From Macrostomum hystrix (taxonomy: Eukaryota; Animalia; Platyhelminthes), in assembly GCA_950097015.1 (NCBI GenBank), contig CATNEN010000015.1:1860001-1924000 (forward strand): a stretch of 64,000 bases of DNA, in the 5' to 3' direction. Each line of letters starts with the position of its first letter. The stretch's first letter is position 1. The notes under the pieces were generated by a model. It did no database searches. It had not been told where the DNA came from and saw nothing but the letters and a program-made list of their open reading frames with translations. Below, piece by piece: positions 46,894-58,480 of the stretch. Position numbers and translations under genes: made by a program.

Positions 46894-49800
46894 ATGTCAG
46901 GCGTAAATTCAGATACCGACCAAGTCAACCAGTCAGGGGCAGCATTGTCAGGCCAGGGACCAGAGGAGAACATCGGCCATGGGCCTGGGACAGCAGGAGG
47001 TGCTGAGGTGGAGATGGAGGGAGGTGAGCAGCCGGAGCGCGAGACCTCCTTAGGTGACCTCGCCAGAACCCTAGCCCAAATCCGTGACAACACCAGCACC
47101 AGTTCTAGAATACCGAAATCGAGCCCTCGGCTCCGACCCCCAGTGGCCTACACACCCAAAACCAAATTTGATATCTGGTGGACGCAATTCCGCCTGTTTC
47201 TTGAAGCCAATGAGATCATGCCTGAGCATCGGACAGCAGTGTTGCTTTCATCCCTGTCACCCGAGTGCCAAGAATTCTTTTACAACTATCGTCTGCACGA
47301 GAAAAGCTTTGATGAAGCAGTGAAGAGTCTAAGAAGCCGGTATGGCGAGCCAACCCACGTAGATAAATACTATATAGAACTGACCTCAGCCCAACAGCTG
47401 TCATCGGAGAGTATCCAGGAGTACTTTGACCGCCTCATAGGCCTAGCAAATGCCGCGGACATGAGCCGCTCTGAGTACGAGCCCCTAGTAAGGACGCGAT
47501 TTTGCTATGGCTTGGCTGACAAAACTATTGCCGAAAAACTTATCAATATGCTGCATGAAGCACCCAGGGCTTCACTGGAGAGACTCCTAGCTAGGGCTCG
47601 AGACACAGATCAAACTAGGCAGCTGCTCAAACTGACTGAGCAACCCAAGGTTAGAAGTGTTGAAGCAGACGAGATCCGAGCCCTGAAGGCGAGAATAGCA
47701 GAACTGGAGAAGAAACAGTCAGGGCCACAACAAAGCACGCAGAAACCTACTAATAGCAACAGTGGTGGCCATAGGCACAACTTTCAATCTCAGAAGTCCC
47801 CCCAGGACTACTCTAGTCATGCCCGAATGAGCGGCGCCCTACCTAAATGCTTCAGGTGTAGTGAGACTGGCCACCTCATTGCCGAATGCCCCTATCCTAG
47901 AGAGCCAGGTACTGGTGCGCCACCCTCGAAGTTCAGGACCCCGCAACCCTTTAGGGAGCCAAAAAGTTTAAAGCCAAATGCGAGTTCGAGGCCACCCAGA
48001 GAGAAGGGAGTAGTGACTCATTGGAAAGACTCTTACGGGTTCATTCAGTCCTCTCAGATAGGCGACTCTGTTTTTGCGCACCTGTCTCAGTTGGTCCAGC
48101 CCCTGTTGGACCTGGCCTTAAGCCACCAGCTAGTGGGTACCAGCGTGACATTCAGCCGTGTCGCCGACGCTGGCAAGTCTAGAGACAAAGCTATTAGTGT
48201 GACAGCTACGTCGACGGACCCTAAGTGTGCTGAAGTGTCTTCAGACCTACCCAGTTACAAGGCAGGATTCTATGTTCAGGTTGAGATTGGCGAGACCAAG
48301 ACTGTTGCCCTTCTAGATCCCGGTGCCAATGCCTCCCTGATTTGCCCGAAGATGCGAGACAAGCTCCTAGAAGCTGATCCAATCAATAATGTCTTCACCC
48401 CTGCGCGCACCCAGCGCACAGCTACTGGTTTCAATGGGGCTAGTTCGCAAATACTAGGCAAGCTCCAGTGCGAAGTGAGTTTAGGCAAATTAAAACAGCA
48501 GCACATATTCTTAGTGATTGAAGGCCAGTTATCCGAGATCCTGCTAGGGTTGGACTTCTGTGGTAATTTCCAAATCGTCATGGACATGGCCTGTGACCGT
48601 GTGACCTGCGCTGGAGAGTACGTCCCAATTTTTCGCGGCACCAATGCGATCTGTAGCGTGAATCGCGTTGTGGCCGCTTGCGATACAGTCCTGCCACCCC
48701 GCTCAGAAACGCTGATCCCAGCTAGGGCTATAGACGCTGAGAGCAGTTCCTATGGCGTTGTTAGTGCCAGATTATTCGACCCCGACCCGTCTATCATAGT
48801 CGCCAATTCATTGGACCAGGTCAGCCCCACTAGTCACGTGTTAGTCAGAGTCTTAAACAGCGGCGAAGATGAGGTGAGGATTGCCAAGGGCGAGGAGGTA
48901 GCGTCTTTCAAGAAGCTAGGAGCTGATGAGAGCGTAGTGAGTACCAGACTTAGTGAGAGTGATTTCAGCATTGACAACGAGAGCGCGCTTAATGATAAGC
49001 TGTGCAAGCTGCCCTACCCAGATCCAGGGACAGCCAAGTGGCTCCTAGACCAATTTCACCTGCAGGAGCGTAACCTGACCCAGGAGCAGCTGGATACGAC
49101 AGTAAAAATGCTGAACTATTTTCTTAGCCAGATCTCGAAATCGGAAGCAGACATCGGTAGAACCCCTCTGCATGAACTGTCAATCGAGTTAAAGGACCCG
49201 AAGTGTCGCCCGATTTCTCAGCCATCGAGGCGAACAACCCCAGCGCAAAAGGAATTTCTGGATAAGTACATCGCCCAGCTCCTAAACCAGGGAGTTGTTG
49301 AAGAGTGCGACTCCGAGTGGGCCTCACCCATTGTGCTTGTGAAAAAGAAGGACGGTACATGGCGCCTTTGCGTAGATTACCGTGCGCTCAACAAGCACAT
49401 AAAGCCGTGCTCTTTCCCGCTGCCCTTAATAGACGAATCTTTCGATAGCTTAGCGGGATCCGCCGTCTTCAGTAGTTTAGATCTGACGAGCGCCTACTGG
49501 CAGGTAGGGATCCGGGAAGCTGACCGAGACCTCACCGCGTTCTCATGTCCCCAGGGCACCTTTCGTTGGACCGTAGTCCCCTATGGGATCAAGACCGCGC
49601 CTGCAAGTTTCGCCAGGCTGATGCACCGCGTGTTTCGCCCTCTTTTGCTCAGGGTTAGCCTAATTTACCTAGACGATGTCATCATCAAGGCCGGAAACAA
49701 CGACGAGATGATTTCCCATCTGGCGCTAGTTTTCTGGCAGCTTAGAAAAGCGAATCTGAAAATCAGACCCTCGAAGTGTGAGCTCTTCAAGGACAAACTG

Positions 49801-52800
49801 AAGTTTCTGGGATTCATAGTTTCCTCAAAAGGGATAGAAGCCGATCCGACCAAAACTGAGGCCGTTCAACAGTGGTGTACACCTAGGGATAAGAAGCAGC
49901 TTCTCTCCTTCCTGGGATTTGCCAATTATTACAGGAAGTTTGTCCCTAGATTCTCCATCATAGCCACGCCTCTGTATGCCCTAGCCAAGAGCTCTGAGAA
50001 ATTTGTTTGGCGCCAAGTGCACGAGGCCGCTTTCCAAGAACTAAAGTCCAGCCTATGTAATACACCAGTGCTGAGATACCCAGACCTGAGTCCCACAGCG
50101 GGCACCTTTGTTCTAGACTGCGACAGCTCCCTTGACGGTGTGGGAGCAGTCCTTTCCCAACTAGATGGGAACGACGTAGAACAAGTGATTGCCTACGCTT
50201 CTAAAAAATTCACCAGCGCGCAGCGAAACTATTGCGCCACCTTGAGGGAGCTCCTAGGTCTGGTTCTTATGTTAGAGCAGTTCAGGACTTACTTACTTGA
50301 CCGGGAGTTCCTAGTGCGAACAGATGCGATTGCTCTGAAGTGGTTACACTCGAAAAAACACGCAACCGGAATGCTCGCCCAATGGTTGGTCACACTAGAG
50401 CCTTACACCTTCAAGGTAGACCAGACTCCACTGGAGAGAATAGCGGAGTACGATTTTAAAATCTCCCACAGAGCCGGGGAATCCCACGTTAATGCGGATG
50501 TTTTGAGTCGCAACCCGAAGTTCAGAGCAGACCATTTCGACTGCCCAACCTGTAGCCTGATCCCAGAATTTATATCCAAGTTCCATAAGGAAAAAAAACC
50601 AGCGACATCGGATGTTAGTGAGGTCAAAATCAGCCGTATGTGTGTCAGTACTCAGACTCTAGTCGCAACTGGCTGTCAGACCACCGAGCTGATATTCGAC
50701 TCAGGTATTCAGCTTCAAAATAAGCCGGTTACAGACTTAGCAGTTCAGACTGACCTCCAACGGGTCCCTGAGATCCCTGAGCCTAATCAAGCTAGCAAGC
50801 GCCCAGTCATCCCAACCTCGTCTGCAGGTACTCAGGTAGACACCAAACCTAAACCGGAAACACCGCCATCAGCCGCAGCACATGCTGTGCAAGTCCAGGT
50901 CTCGGATTGGTCCACGATCGCAGACGAAGTTCTAGACCCAGGCAGTGATAACGAAGATGAGGCGGGGGCTGAACAGAGAGAAAGAGAATGGGCCCGTAGT
51001 GCTCAGGATTCGAACATTGATCTTGTTTTCCTGAGAGATGCTGTAGCTGGAAAGGTAGAGAGGTTGTCTAAGCAGGAGCTCCAAGGTTGCAGTCGTGAGC
51101 TCAGAGCCTTATGGGCTATGTTTGACGAACTGTCTGTTGAGGACGATCTGCTGCTTCGGAACAAGCCAGCCAAGAAAAGGAAGCCCGCTGCCAAGCTTAC
51201 GGTCATCCCTGAGTCTGCGAATGTAGATGAACTAGTAACCAACTACCACAGAGCCGTTAATCACTCGGGGATAAAAAAGACTTTAGGAGTGGTTAAAAAG
51301 AACTTTCAAATCTCGAACCTAGAAACTATAGTCAAGGGAGTCGTAGCCAGCTGTGAGATTTGCGCTAGGACTAAGAAATGCAAGCGAAAGAACAAAGCTC
51401 CGATGCAGCCAACCCTAGCCGGGTACCCGAACCAGGTCGTGCATGTAGACCATTGCGGACCGTTCCCTGAACAGGAAGGCTACCGGTATCTGCTTGTAAT
51501 GATTGACAGATTCACCGGATTTGTGGAAATTGTCCCTGTGAAAGACGTAACTGCCGAGACAACCGCGGCAGCAATCCTGACAGAGTGGATTGTTCGCTAC
51601 GGTGCTATGGAGCAAATGGTCTCGGACAATGGCACAGCATTCATAAATAACATTGTTGCAGAGCTGACCCGCTTGCTAGAGATCGATACCGTTAGAATCA
51701 CTGCTCGCCGCCCCCAGGCCAACGGGAAGGTGGAACGCAACATCCAGACTATCAAGAGTCAAATTCGAGCAGTCTGTGCTGAGAGGCATGTGACTTGGCC
51801 CCTTGCCGCTAGGTGTGTAGGAATGAGCATCCGCTCTCTAGAATCCGAATCGACAGGCATGACACCTGCTAAGCTTTTTCTGGGCCGTGAATTTCAAATG
51901 CCCCTAGACCTGATGTACAACCCACCAAGGCAAGATTGCTATGACCCGGACAGTTACGCGCACCGACTCCACCGAACTCTTGTCGAAACCTCTGCCACCG
52001 CACGGGCTGTTAGGAAGAAGGCACAGGCTAGGCAGAAGCGTTACTATGACAGATCGGTTTATAAGTCAAGCTACGAGGTTGGAGAGCTAGTGTGGGTTCT
52101 AAACCCCGACCACAAGGGCCTCGACCCAGCTGTTTGGTTTGGTCCGTACAAGGTTATTCAGAAGTTCTCTGAGAGAAACTATAGGTTGATTCCAGAGTTT
52201 TCGCGAGAGAATCCGTTCAGAGTCCCGAATCCTAGTCACAACATCTATAACGTAGACCGGATGAAGAGGTGCATCCGCCAGCCAAACTATCAGGATGTGG
52301 TTGATAGATTTAGATTAGACACTGTAGCAAGGATGCCAAGCTCATCTAAGCTAGGACAAGGAGATCTGGATTCCAGCTCCAGACAGCTGAGCTTTAGTTC
52401 TGACTGGACTTCCGAACCAGACTTGGTCACTGTCCCACCTGCGGGTCAGAAGAGCCGCTCTTTTCCGAGAAGCCAATCGTCATCAATCACACAGCCAGTC
52501 GAACAGCCAATCACACAGCCAGTTCAACAGCCAATCACACAGCCAGTTCAACAGCCAATCACACAGCCAGTCGAACAGCCAATCACACAGCCAGTTCAAC
52601 AGCCAATCAAAACACTGCCAGTGGAACAGCCAAATGCTCAACCAGTCACTAAACCAGAGTTACCACCCGAGGTGCAACCTGAACAAGCACCACAAGCACC
52701 ACAAGCAGTAAACATTGTCAATAATGAACAGGTGCCAGACATCGGTGCTGAAGTTGAAGTCACAGCAGAGCCAAATCCAGATCCTCAGGCAACAGCAATA

Positions 52801-52968
52801 CCAAATCTGCCACCAGAACCACAACCACAAATAGAACACGAACGCGATCAGACAGACCAGGCACAGAGACCAGCTTGCACTGTTACGAGGTCCGGCCGGC
52901 AAGTAAGGCCGCCGGTCAGATTCCTTTCCACGCTGGTCAATCTGTTCAGGAGAGGTAGCGAGAGCTAA
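46894..52968 (+). CDS. Gag-Pol polyprotein (2024 aa): CA, CCHC, cold-shock-like domain, PR, dUTPase-like linker, RT, RH, IN
   Basis: CFRCSETGHLIAEC (47848-47889); LLDPGANAS; WASPIVLVKKKDG, YLDD (49666); FVLDCDSS; HHCC (YHRAVNH...CEIC); VHVDH, VSDNG, GKVER; order PR-RT-RH-IN. Uninterrupted frame; no chromodomain seen. Confidence 0.97.
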   Translation: MSGVNSDTDQVNQSGAALSGQGPEENIGHGPGTAGGAEVEMEGGEQPERETSLGDLARTLAQIRDNTSTSSRIPKSSPRLRPPVAYTPKTKFDIWWTQFRLFLEANEIMPEHRTAVLLSSLSPECQEFFYNYRLHEKSFDEAVKSLRSRYGEPTHVDKYYIELTSAQQLSSESIQEYFDRLIGLANAADMSRSEYEPLVRTRFCYGLADKTIAEKLINMLHEAPRASLERLLARARDTDQTRQLLKLTEQPKVRSVEADEIRALKARIAELEKKQSGPQQSTQKPTNSNSGGHRHNFQSQKSPQDYSSHARMSGALPKCFRCSETGHLIAECPYPREPGTGAPPSKFRTPQPFREPKSLKPNASSRPPREKGVVTHWKDSYGFIQSSQIGDSVFAHLSQLVQPLLDLALSHQLVGTSVTFSRVADAGKSRDKAISVTATSTDPKCAEVSSDLPSYKAGFYVQVEIGETKTVALLDPGANASLICPKMRDKLLEADPINNVFTPARTQRTATGFNGASSQILGKLQCEVSLGKLKQQHIFLVIEGQLSEILLGLDFCGNFQIVMDMACDRVTCAGEYVPIFRGTNAICSVNRVVAACDTVLPPRSETLIPARAIDAESSSYGVVSARLFDPDPSIIVANSLDQVSPTSHVLVRVLNSGEDEVRIAKGEEVASFKKLGADESVVSTRLSESDFSIDNESALNDKLCKLPYPDPGTAKWLLDQFHLQERNLTQEQLDTTVKMLNYFLSQISKSEADIGRTPLHELSIELKDPKCRPISQPSRRTTPAQKEFLDKYIAQLLNQGVVEECDSEWASPIVLVKKKDGTWRLCVDYRALNKHIKPCSFPLPLIDESFDSLAGSAVFSSLDLTSAYWQVGIREADRDLTAFSCPQGTFRWTVVPYGIKTAPASFARLMHRVFRPLLLRVSLIYLDDVIIKAGNNDEMISHLALVFWQLRKANLKIRPSKCELFKDKLKFLGFIVSSKGIEADPTKTEAVQQWCTPRDKKQLLSFLGFANYYRKFVPRFSIIATPLYALAKSSEKFVWRQVHEAAFQELKSSLCNTPVLRYPDLSPTAGTFVLDCDSSLDGVGAVLSQLDGNDVEQVIAYASKKFTSAQRNYCATLRELLGLVLMLEQFRTYLLDREFLVRTDAIALKWLHSKKHATGMLAQWLVTLEPYTFKVDQTPLERIAEYDFKISHRAGESHVNADVLSRNPKFRADHFDCPTCSLIPEFISKFHKEKKPATSDVSEVKISRMCVSTQTLVATGCQTTELIFDSGIQLQNKPVTDLAVQTDLQRVPEIPEPNQASKRPVIPTSSAGTQVDTKPKPETPPSAAAHAVQVQVSDWSTIADEVLDPGSDNEDEAGAEQREREWARSAQDSNIDLVFLRDAVAGKVERLSKQELQGCSRELRALWAMFDELSVEDDLLLRNKPAKKRKPAAKLTVIPESANVDELVTNYHRAVNHSGIKKTLGVVKKNFQISNLETIVKGVVASCEICARTKKCKRKNKAPMQPTLAGYPNQVVHVDHCGPFPEQEGYRYLLVMIDRFTGFVEIVPVKDVTAETTAAAILTEWIVRYGAMEQMVSDNGTAFINNIVAELTRLLEIDTVRITARRPQANGKVERNIQTIKSQIRAVCAERHVTWPLAARCVGMSIRSLESESTGMTPAKLFLGREFQMPLDLMYNPPRQDCYDPDSYAHRLHRTLVETSATARAVRKKAQARQKRYYDRSVYKSSYEVGELVWVLNPDHKGLDPAVWFGPYKVIQKFSERNYRLIPEFSRENPFRVPNPSHNIYNVDRMKRCIRQPNYQDVVDRFRLDTVARMPSSSKLGQGDLDSSSRQLSFSSDWTSEPDLVTVPPAGQKSRSFPRSQSSSITQPVEQPITQPVQQPITQPVQQPITQPVEQPITQPVQQPIKTLPVEQPNAQPVTKPELPPEVQPEQAPQAPQAVNIVNNEQVPDIGAEVEVTAEPNPDPQATAIPNLPPEPQPQIEHERDQTDQAQRPACTVTRSGRQVRPPVRFLSTLVNLFRRGSES

Positions 52969-53656
52969 GGTGTAGTTGTGTCGTATGCTGCCTTTGTTCT
53001 GTGTGCCTGTTAGCTTTTCTTTAATAGCTTTCGCCAATCTTTTCATTTTGTCATTAGTTTAGTATCTCTGCGGTCGAGCCTTGAATCTTCGGATTAGGTT
53101 TTGGCCATAGAGTAGCCTTTGTCGTAGTCATTGTTTGTAGCCTGTAGTTAGGAGCTTAGCTTGGCTGCGGCCGCTGGTGCTGTAGTCGAGGCCGTCCAGG
53201 TTTTCGCTCCGCCGCCGATTCGCCGAAATTTTCGCCAGTCCTAGACAATTCTCGTGTTTGTCTATTTGTCAGTTTTGTTTAAAAAATAAAAAAACATTGC
53301 ATTTTCTAAAACAAAAATATTTTCAATTCCTTTTATTGCCTCTGCGGTTTGATGACGTTGTTCAATTTGCCAATATCTTGCTGAATTTTGCCTTTGGTTT
53401 TTGTTCGAATTTTTGCCATTCGTCGTTCAGTTTTGCCACTCGATATTCCGTTTTGCCGTTCGTCTTTGAAATTTAATGCCTGTTTTTTGTGTCACTTGAA
53501 ACTGCCATTGTTAACCTCATTTGCAAAATATTTCTAGACAGCTATTCAAATAACTCTAACGTAGCAACAATTTTGAAATCGTTTTTTTCGCTAGCCATTT
53601 CGATGTTCGTAGCCACTACTGTTAGTAGGCCATTAAGCTTCTGAGAGGGAGGCGAG

Positions 53657-54121
53657 TGTGACGTTGTCTCTCTAATTTAATGTAATTTTAATATGCTATT
53701 TCTAATTAAGTCCATTATTTTCGTTAGCTATATTTGTTAGGGATATTTCTTCGGTTTTCCATATATATTTATAATGGTTTTGTTTTAGTGTACTACATAG
53801 TCGTAGTTCGTATTCAAATGTGCTAATTAGGCCTTTCCAGGAAGGCTCCACCCCCCCGTGCCTGGTTCTTGTTCTACGACTGAGTGCTGGCTATTATTTA
53901 AGTGTGGCTAATTTCAACTGTAGCCGTAACTACTTTCAAGTGAATCTTGATATATCTCTATATGTCTCTAAGTAACATATCTCTAAGTCATATAGCCAGC
54001 ATTCACCGTTAAGCGATCTCGTTATTTGAAGACCCAATTTACTGCCGAATAATTTACCTTACTACTAGTAAAATAAACCGAAACTGCTACGCCTATACAT
54101 TGGGACCGAAACTTCGTCATA
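53657..54121 (+). repeat. 3' LTR
   Basis: Follows the PPT; followed by TSD ACTG. Confidence 0.97.
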
Positions 54122-55948
54122 ACTGTACGCAATGCCATTCAATAACATGTTTTAGCCTTTATGACGTTTTTGTGTTTTTTGATAAAATAATAATATACTT
54201 TTGTCTTCTGTTTTTTTCCTGCGAGCATTCGAATCGTAACAATTTGTTTTACTTTGATGTATTTTTGGCCTCTACTTGTAAAACTTGCGTATCCTGAAGT
54301 TCAAAATTAAGGACTGAAAATCACACAGGTGAGGTAGGAACTTGGATCACGCTTATCTTACGAAGGCTGTGAAAGATAATTCAAACACTACTTGAAAAAA
54401 TGCTGATACCTTTCGCTTCTTATGACAATTTTTTTTCACAATTTTTGTCTTATTAAAAAGCTGAATGGCATCTCTACTTTTCTGCTGAAGCTTGTGCATC
54501 TGCTGTGCCTAAAACCAAAAACCTAAAACTTTGTGATTAATAAAAAATTGCTTCATTTTTCTTTAACTTCCTTTGAACACAGCTCGCTTGTTAAAACAGG
54601 CAGACAAGCAAGCTTCAGCAACGATTGTGAAATATCGATAATTTGTTCGGCTATTCTAGGAATGCAAAACAAGTTTAAAAAAATATGTTGTAAGAAAAGG
54701 GATTTTTCGGTGTTTTCCAAAAAAGTGCATCAGAGTTCTCTTGCTCAGTGCATAGGTGGGACAGGCCTGTAGTCAGCCTCTCCTGGTTCTACATTCAGAG
54801 CTCATTGTATCATTGTCGGGCTATCGGCCGGGTGTTAGGAAGTGATTTCAGCAACTTTTTCCCTTAGAATTCAAATGCACTTCAGAAGTGAATGTTGTTG
54901 TCCGTGGAAGAGGAAACAACGACAGGAACTGACTGGATTGAAAATCTGCATCTGCTTCAGTCCAAGCCAAACGGGAAGTGCGAATAAAAAGTAAACTACA
55001 ATGAGCGGTGGATCTAAAGTGCATCAGTCATGTGATGCGCAGCAAGAACTTTTAATCTCCCTCAATAAAGTCCTCTGGAGCTTACAGTCAGAAGGCCTTT
55101 TCCTTGACGTCCGACGAGAAAATATTAAAAAAGCTCTTTTGATATCAAACGTTCATCATCGATGAAAACAGATCACTAAATCAAAGGAAAGTGTGGTGAG
55201 TTTTTTGGCGTTTTCTAATATATGAACCAGGACCGCCAGTAAGTTAAGGATTGACGACGCGGGAACTTTTTTATTTAAAGTGAAGTCGATTGAAGACTTT
55301 GCCTGAAGTCACACCGCGATGCCAATGTCTTCATGCATAGGCAACCACACCAACTACGCTCGTACGTGAGGTAACTGGGTTTCAGGTTCTTTAACTAGTG
55401 GCTTACTAATCTGGTATAAGTAATTAGCATTCAGAACAATTACAGGATGTTTCAGAATTCCTCGTAAAGGCTAGTCGGAGAACAGACAGTATACGCAGTG
55501 TCTGCAGACTTAATGGCTTCAGCTGCCTTGTGTGACAATTCAGCAAACTTTGAGAACTGCTACGAATCTCAAGCTGTAGCAAGAGAGAGCCAATTCAGCT
55601 GGAGGTGCATTGGAAACGAGCTACGGTAGTTGGGTTGCTTAAATCATAACTGACTGTTCTCCTGGTTGAGCAGCTCGCAAGTAATACCAAAAAGGTAGTG
55701 CCACACTGACGACTTGCAAACATTTGCGATCTGCTTTTCTGTAGTTGAACGAGTAGACATGACAATTATCCCCACTATTACTATACAATAAGCTAGACAA
55801 TTTTAATTGGTTCAGCTTTTTTCGACAAATACAAATACAAAGTCAGGGAAAAGCCACAAGACTTTAACAATGCCTGCTTAAAAGAAGGCCAATTTTGAAA
55901 GCGTTGCCTCTTAAGTCAGTTTTCAAGCATTCAAGCAAATTGTGAAAG

Positions 55949-56755
55949 ATGTTCGCAATCAAGCAGTTGTCGCTAGTTCCGTTGTGCGCTCTCTTGGCAA
56001 CTGTGGCAGGTAGAGTGTACAACATCTCGTACGTCGGATGCTTTGTAGATAGCACGAATTTGGTGAGGGACCTCAACGGACTCCGCGGGTTTGGACGTCT
56101 TGGACAATATTCTGTCGATTCTTCGCATGGCAATGTGTTCAGCGCCACTGCAATGTCCCGGGAATTCTGCAGTGGCGTCTGCTCACTGGCTGGCTTCGCC
56201 TACTTCGGAGTGCAAAACGGCAAACATTGCTTCTGCGGCAAGTCTTACGGATCGCAGGGTACGGCCATTGAGGCCCAGTGCGGATCCCCGTGCACCGGCG
56301 ATCCGTTGCAGAAGTGCGGAGGCTTCAACCGCAACTCGGTCTTCGCTCTGATCTATGTCGGTGAGTGCACTGGTTGGCCTGCAGACGTGTATATCAGTGC
56401 GAGCGAGTTTGCGAATTGCAAGAGGCTTCCAAGGTTTTGAGAGTGAACAATTCCAACTATTTGATCCAACTGAGCAAGGAACAAACCTTTTAGCCTGATT
56501 TGCCCTAACTCCCTTTCAGACAGAAACATCTACACAAGGTCCAGCGGATCCGGCCTGACAGTCCTGACCTCGCAGACCTCGTTCTGGCCGACCACCGCCA
56601 AGTCGGACGCTGACTGCCTGCTCCAGTGCAGCGCCAGAGACGACTGTCAGGCTGCCGTGTTCTCACAGCGGCTCCTCACGTGCCACCTGCTCGCGTTCGC
56701 CTACCCGCCAGCCAGCCTGAGCGGCCCCGACTGGGATCTCTACGTGCGCGGCTGA
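55949..56755 (+). CDS. Secreted WSC-domain + PAN/apple-like protein, copy A (~215 aa); exons 55949-56360 and 56520-56755
   Basis: Signal peptide; WSC Cys pattern (YVGCF...C...C...YFGVQNGKHCFCG...C...C.G.....CGG); GTGAGT donor and TTTCAG acceptor; exon 2 has CLLQCSARDDCQAAVF...C. Confidence 0.85.
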
Positions 56756-57383
56756 AAAAGACACCGCCTGCTCAGCTAGGGATGCGGAGGTTGACACGAA
56801 TGAGAAGCGATCCTGAGTTTCCTTAAGAACAATAACCCTGAGCTCTTAGCTAGCTCCATTTCATTTTGCGAAGTCGAATCCTACGAGCTCGATATTCAAA
56901 CCAGCAGCAGCAGGAGCTGCAAAATGACACGCAAATTTACGAATGCAAAAAGATTAGGCTGAGGTCACGAATTTTCATCCAGATGCGCAGTCAAGCGCGC
57001 AATTGCTGACAATAAAGGCTTTTTAAGCAAAAAAGACCTTTATTGCAAGTTTTACTGCCTGGCTTGTTTTTTTGACAATTGCTTTCACACCTGAAGCAAT
57101 TCAATGCATTGAAATTATTGTGTTTTAGTACGATTCTTGTATTTTTCAAAGCCATTTCACACTAGTGCGATGACTGCTTCGTCTAGAAAGCAGATTCTAA
57201 GCTAAGCTGCTCAAGTCTAGTTGAAAATTAAACCTAAGAAAGTGCACAGCAAGTTCAGATAAGAGCAGACTCAGAGAAACGATACTGCAAATTTGGCTTC
57301 ATATTTGCTGCATATAAAAGTAACGATTGAGACAGGTATATAAATAATTCAGTAAAATATCTCATGCAACTTAGCTGCTGATG

Positions 57384-57600
57384 TTTGTAACCCAGTGATA
57401 AGAGTTTCGGACTTTGAATGAAACGTCGGGAGTTCGAATCTCAGCCAAGAGGGAAATAATTTACGTCCCTGTGACCTGATAAGTGCGTACCAGCTTCAGC
57501 TGGGGTAGAAATTTTGGTGAGAGTGGCGCCCACGCAGTCCATGGACTGAAAGGCTGCACACAAGCCCTTCGATCTCGCCACAAAATAAATGCATGATTGT
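57384..57600 (+). mobile_element. tRNA-derived SINE, related to the copy at 4545-4790
   Basis: A-box-like CCCAGTGATAAGAG, B-box GAGTTCGAATC, shared blocks at 57487-57507 and 57535-57550, A-rich end. Confidence 0.72.
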
Positions 57601-57939
57601 TCATCGAGTCCAAGATTTAGGCTTAATTTCAATTTGCATACCTGCTTAACAATAGCATTGCATAAGACCTGAAATCCAAGCGACATTTTAGTAGATCAAT
57701 TAAGTGACAGACTTTGGTTGGGAATGTTGAAAAACTTTTGCCTGAGAATTATAATGGCGTGTTTGTATTTCAGAAAACAAGAATAAAGCCGAACTAAAAA
57801 TTCGGACAATATAAAATTAACGAGGCCGCATCTGGGCGTATCCAGATTTTGCGTGAGTTTATTGTTTCAAGCAACTATTCATGACATAATACTGGCAGTA
57901 GTACACAAAACTTAGGCAATAAAAATATTGCACGTTGTC

Positions 57940-58480
57940 ATGTGAACGAAGACCGCGCCACCGGCAAAGTGTTGGGCTACCAGCGTCAACCAGCCTTGAT
58001 GACGCCGGCATTCGACGAAGACGCAGAAGCCCACTTGGACATGCCAGGCCGAGTTGGCAACTCGATCGCTCGACGCTGAGCGTCGCTGCGGTGCGCGTCG
58101 ACTTGCTGTTCGAGCGAGCCCTTCAGCGTCCAGGTTTCGGTGTTTTACTGCAGGACGGTCTTGACAACCGCCTCACAAAATAAATGCAGCCAAGTCACTC
58201 GAGGCACCCGCAGATCAACGCTGACGTCAGGTACACATGTTGCGAGACAGATGGACTTTTGGCTGACCGAAGGATTCAGGAAAATCCTGGAGAGTTCTGG
58301 AAAGCTTTTGCTTCTGGAATGCAGCATTGCAAGCAGTTTTCCACCATCCCAATACAGTCACAAGCATCATCAATCATACGCTCACGAGCCAATCAAACTC
58401 ACCAGAAACTCTTGCAACCTAACTGTTTACACATGATTGAAGTTCCCTGCCGTTACAACCTTTGGCGCCAAAATGTCGTG
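57940..58480 (-). mobile_element. Decayed RTE-like LINE fragment (post-RT region)
   Basis: Minus frame LHLFCEAVVKTVLQ*NTETWTLKGSLEQQVDA resembles the RTE SVLLYGxETWTL motif; contains stops. Confidence 0.55.

Larger units (their letters stand above)
44441..54121 (+). mobile_element. Full-length Ty3/gypsy LTR retrotransposon, 9681 bp
   Basis: 465-bp LTRs at 44441-44905 and 53657-54121 (3 differences seen); TSD ACTG on both sides; PBS-like TGGAGGACCCACCG at 44912; PPT GAGAGGGAGGCGAG at 53643-53656; single gag-pol ORF. Confidence 0.98.

Noticed and set aside
52660-53046. Antisense Trp/Cys/Leu-rich 128-aa ORF at the gypsy 3' end, echoing the sORF of the other element
   Set aside because: Its hydrophobic part is the reverse complement of the CAA/CCA/ACA-rich pol tail, which yields W/L/C by composition. 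Not supported without conservation data.
54122-55900. 1.8-kb spacer between the gypsy and WSC copy A, searched for a missing WSC exon or transposase
   Set aside because: No WSC cysteine pattern, TIR pair or convincing transposase motif found by eye.
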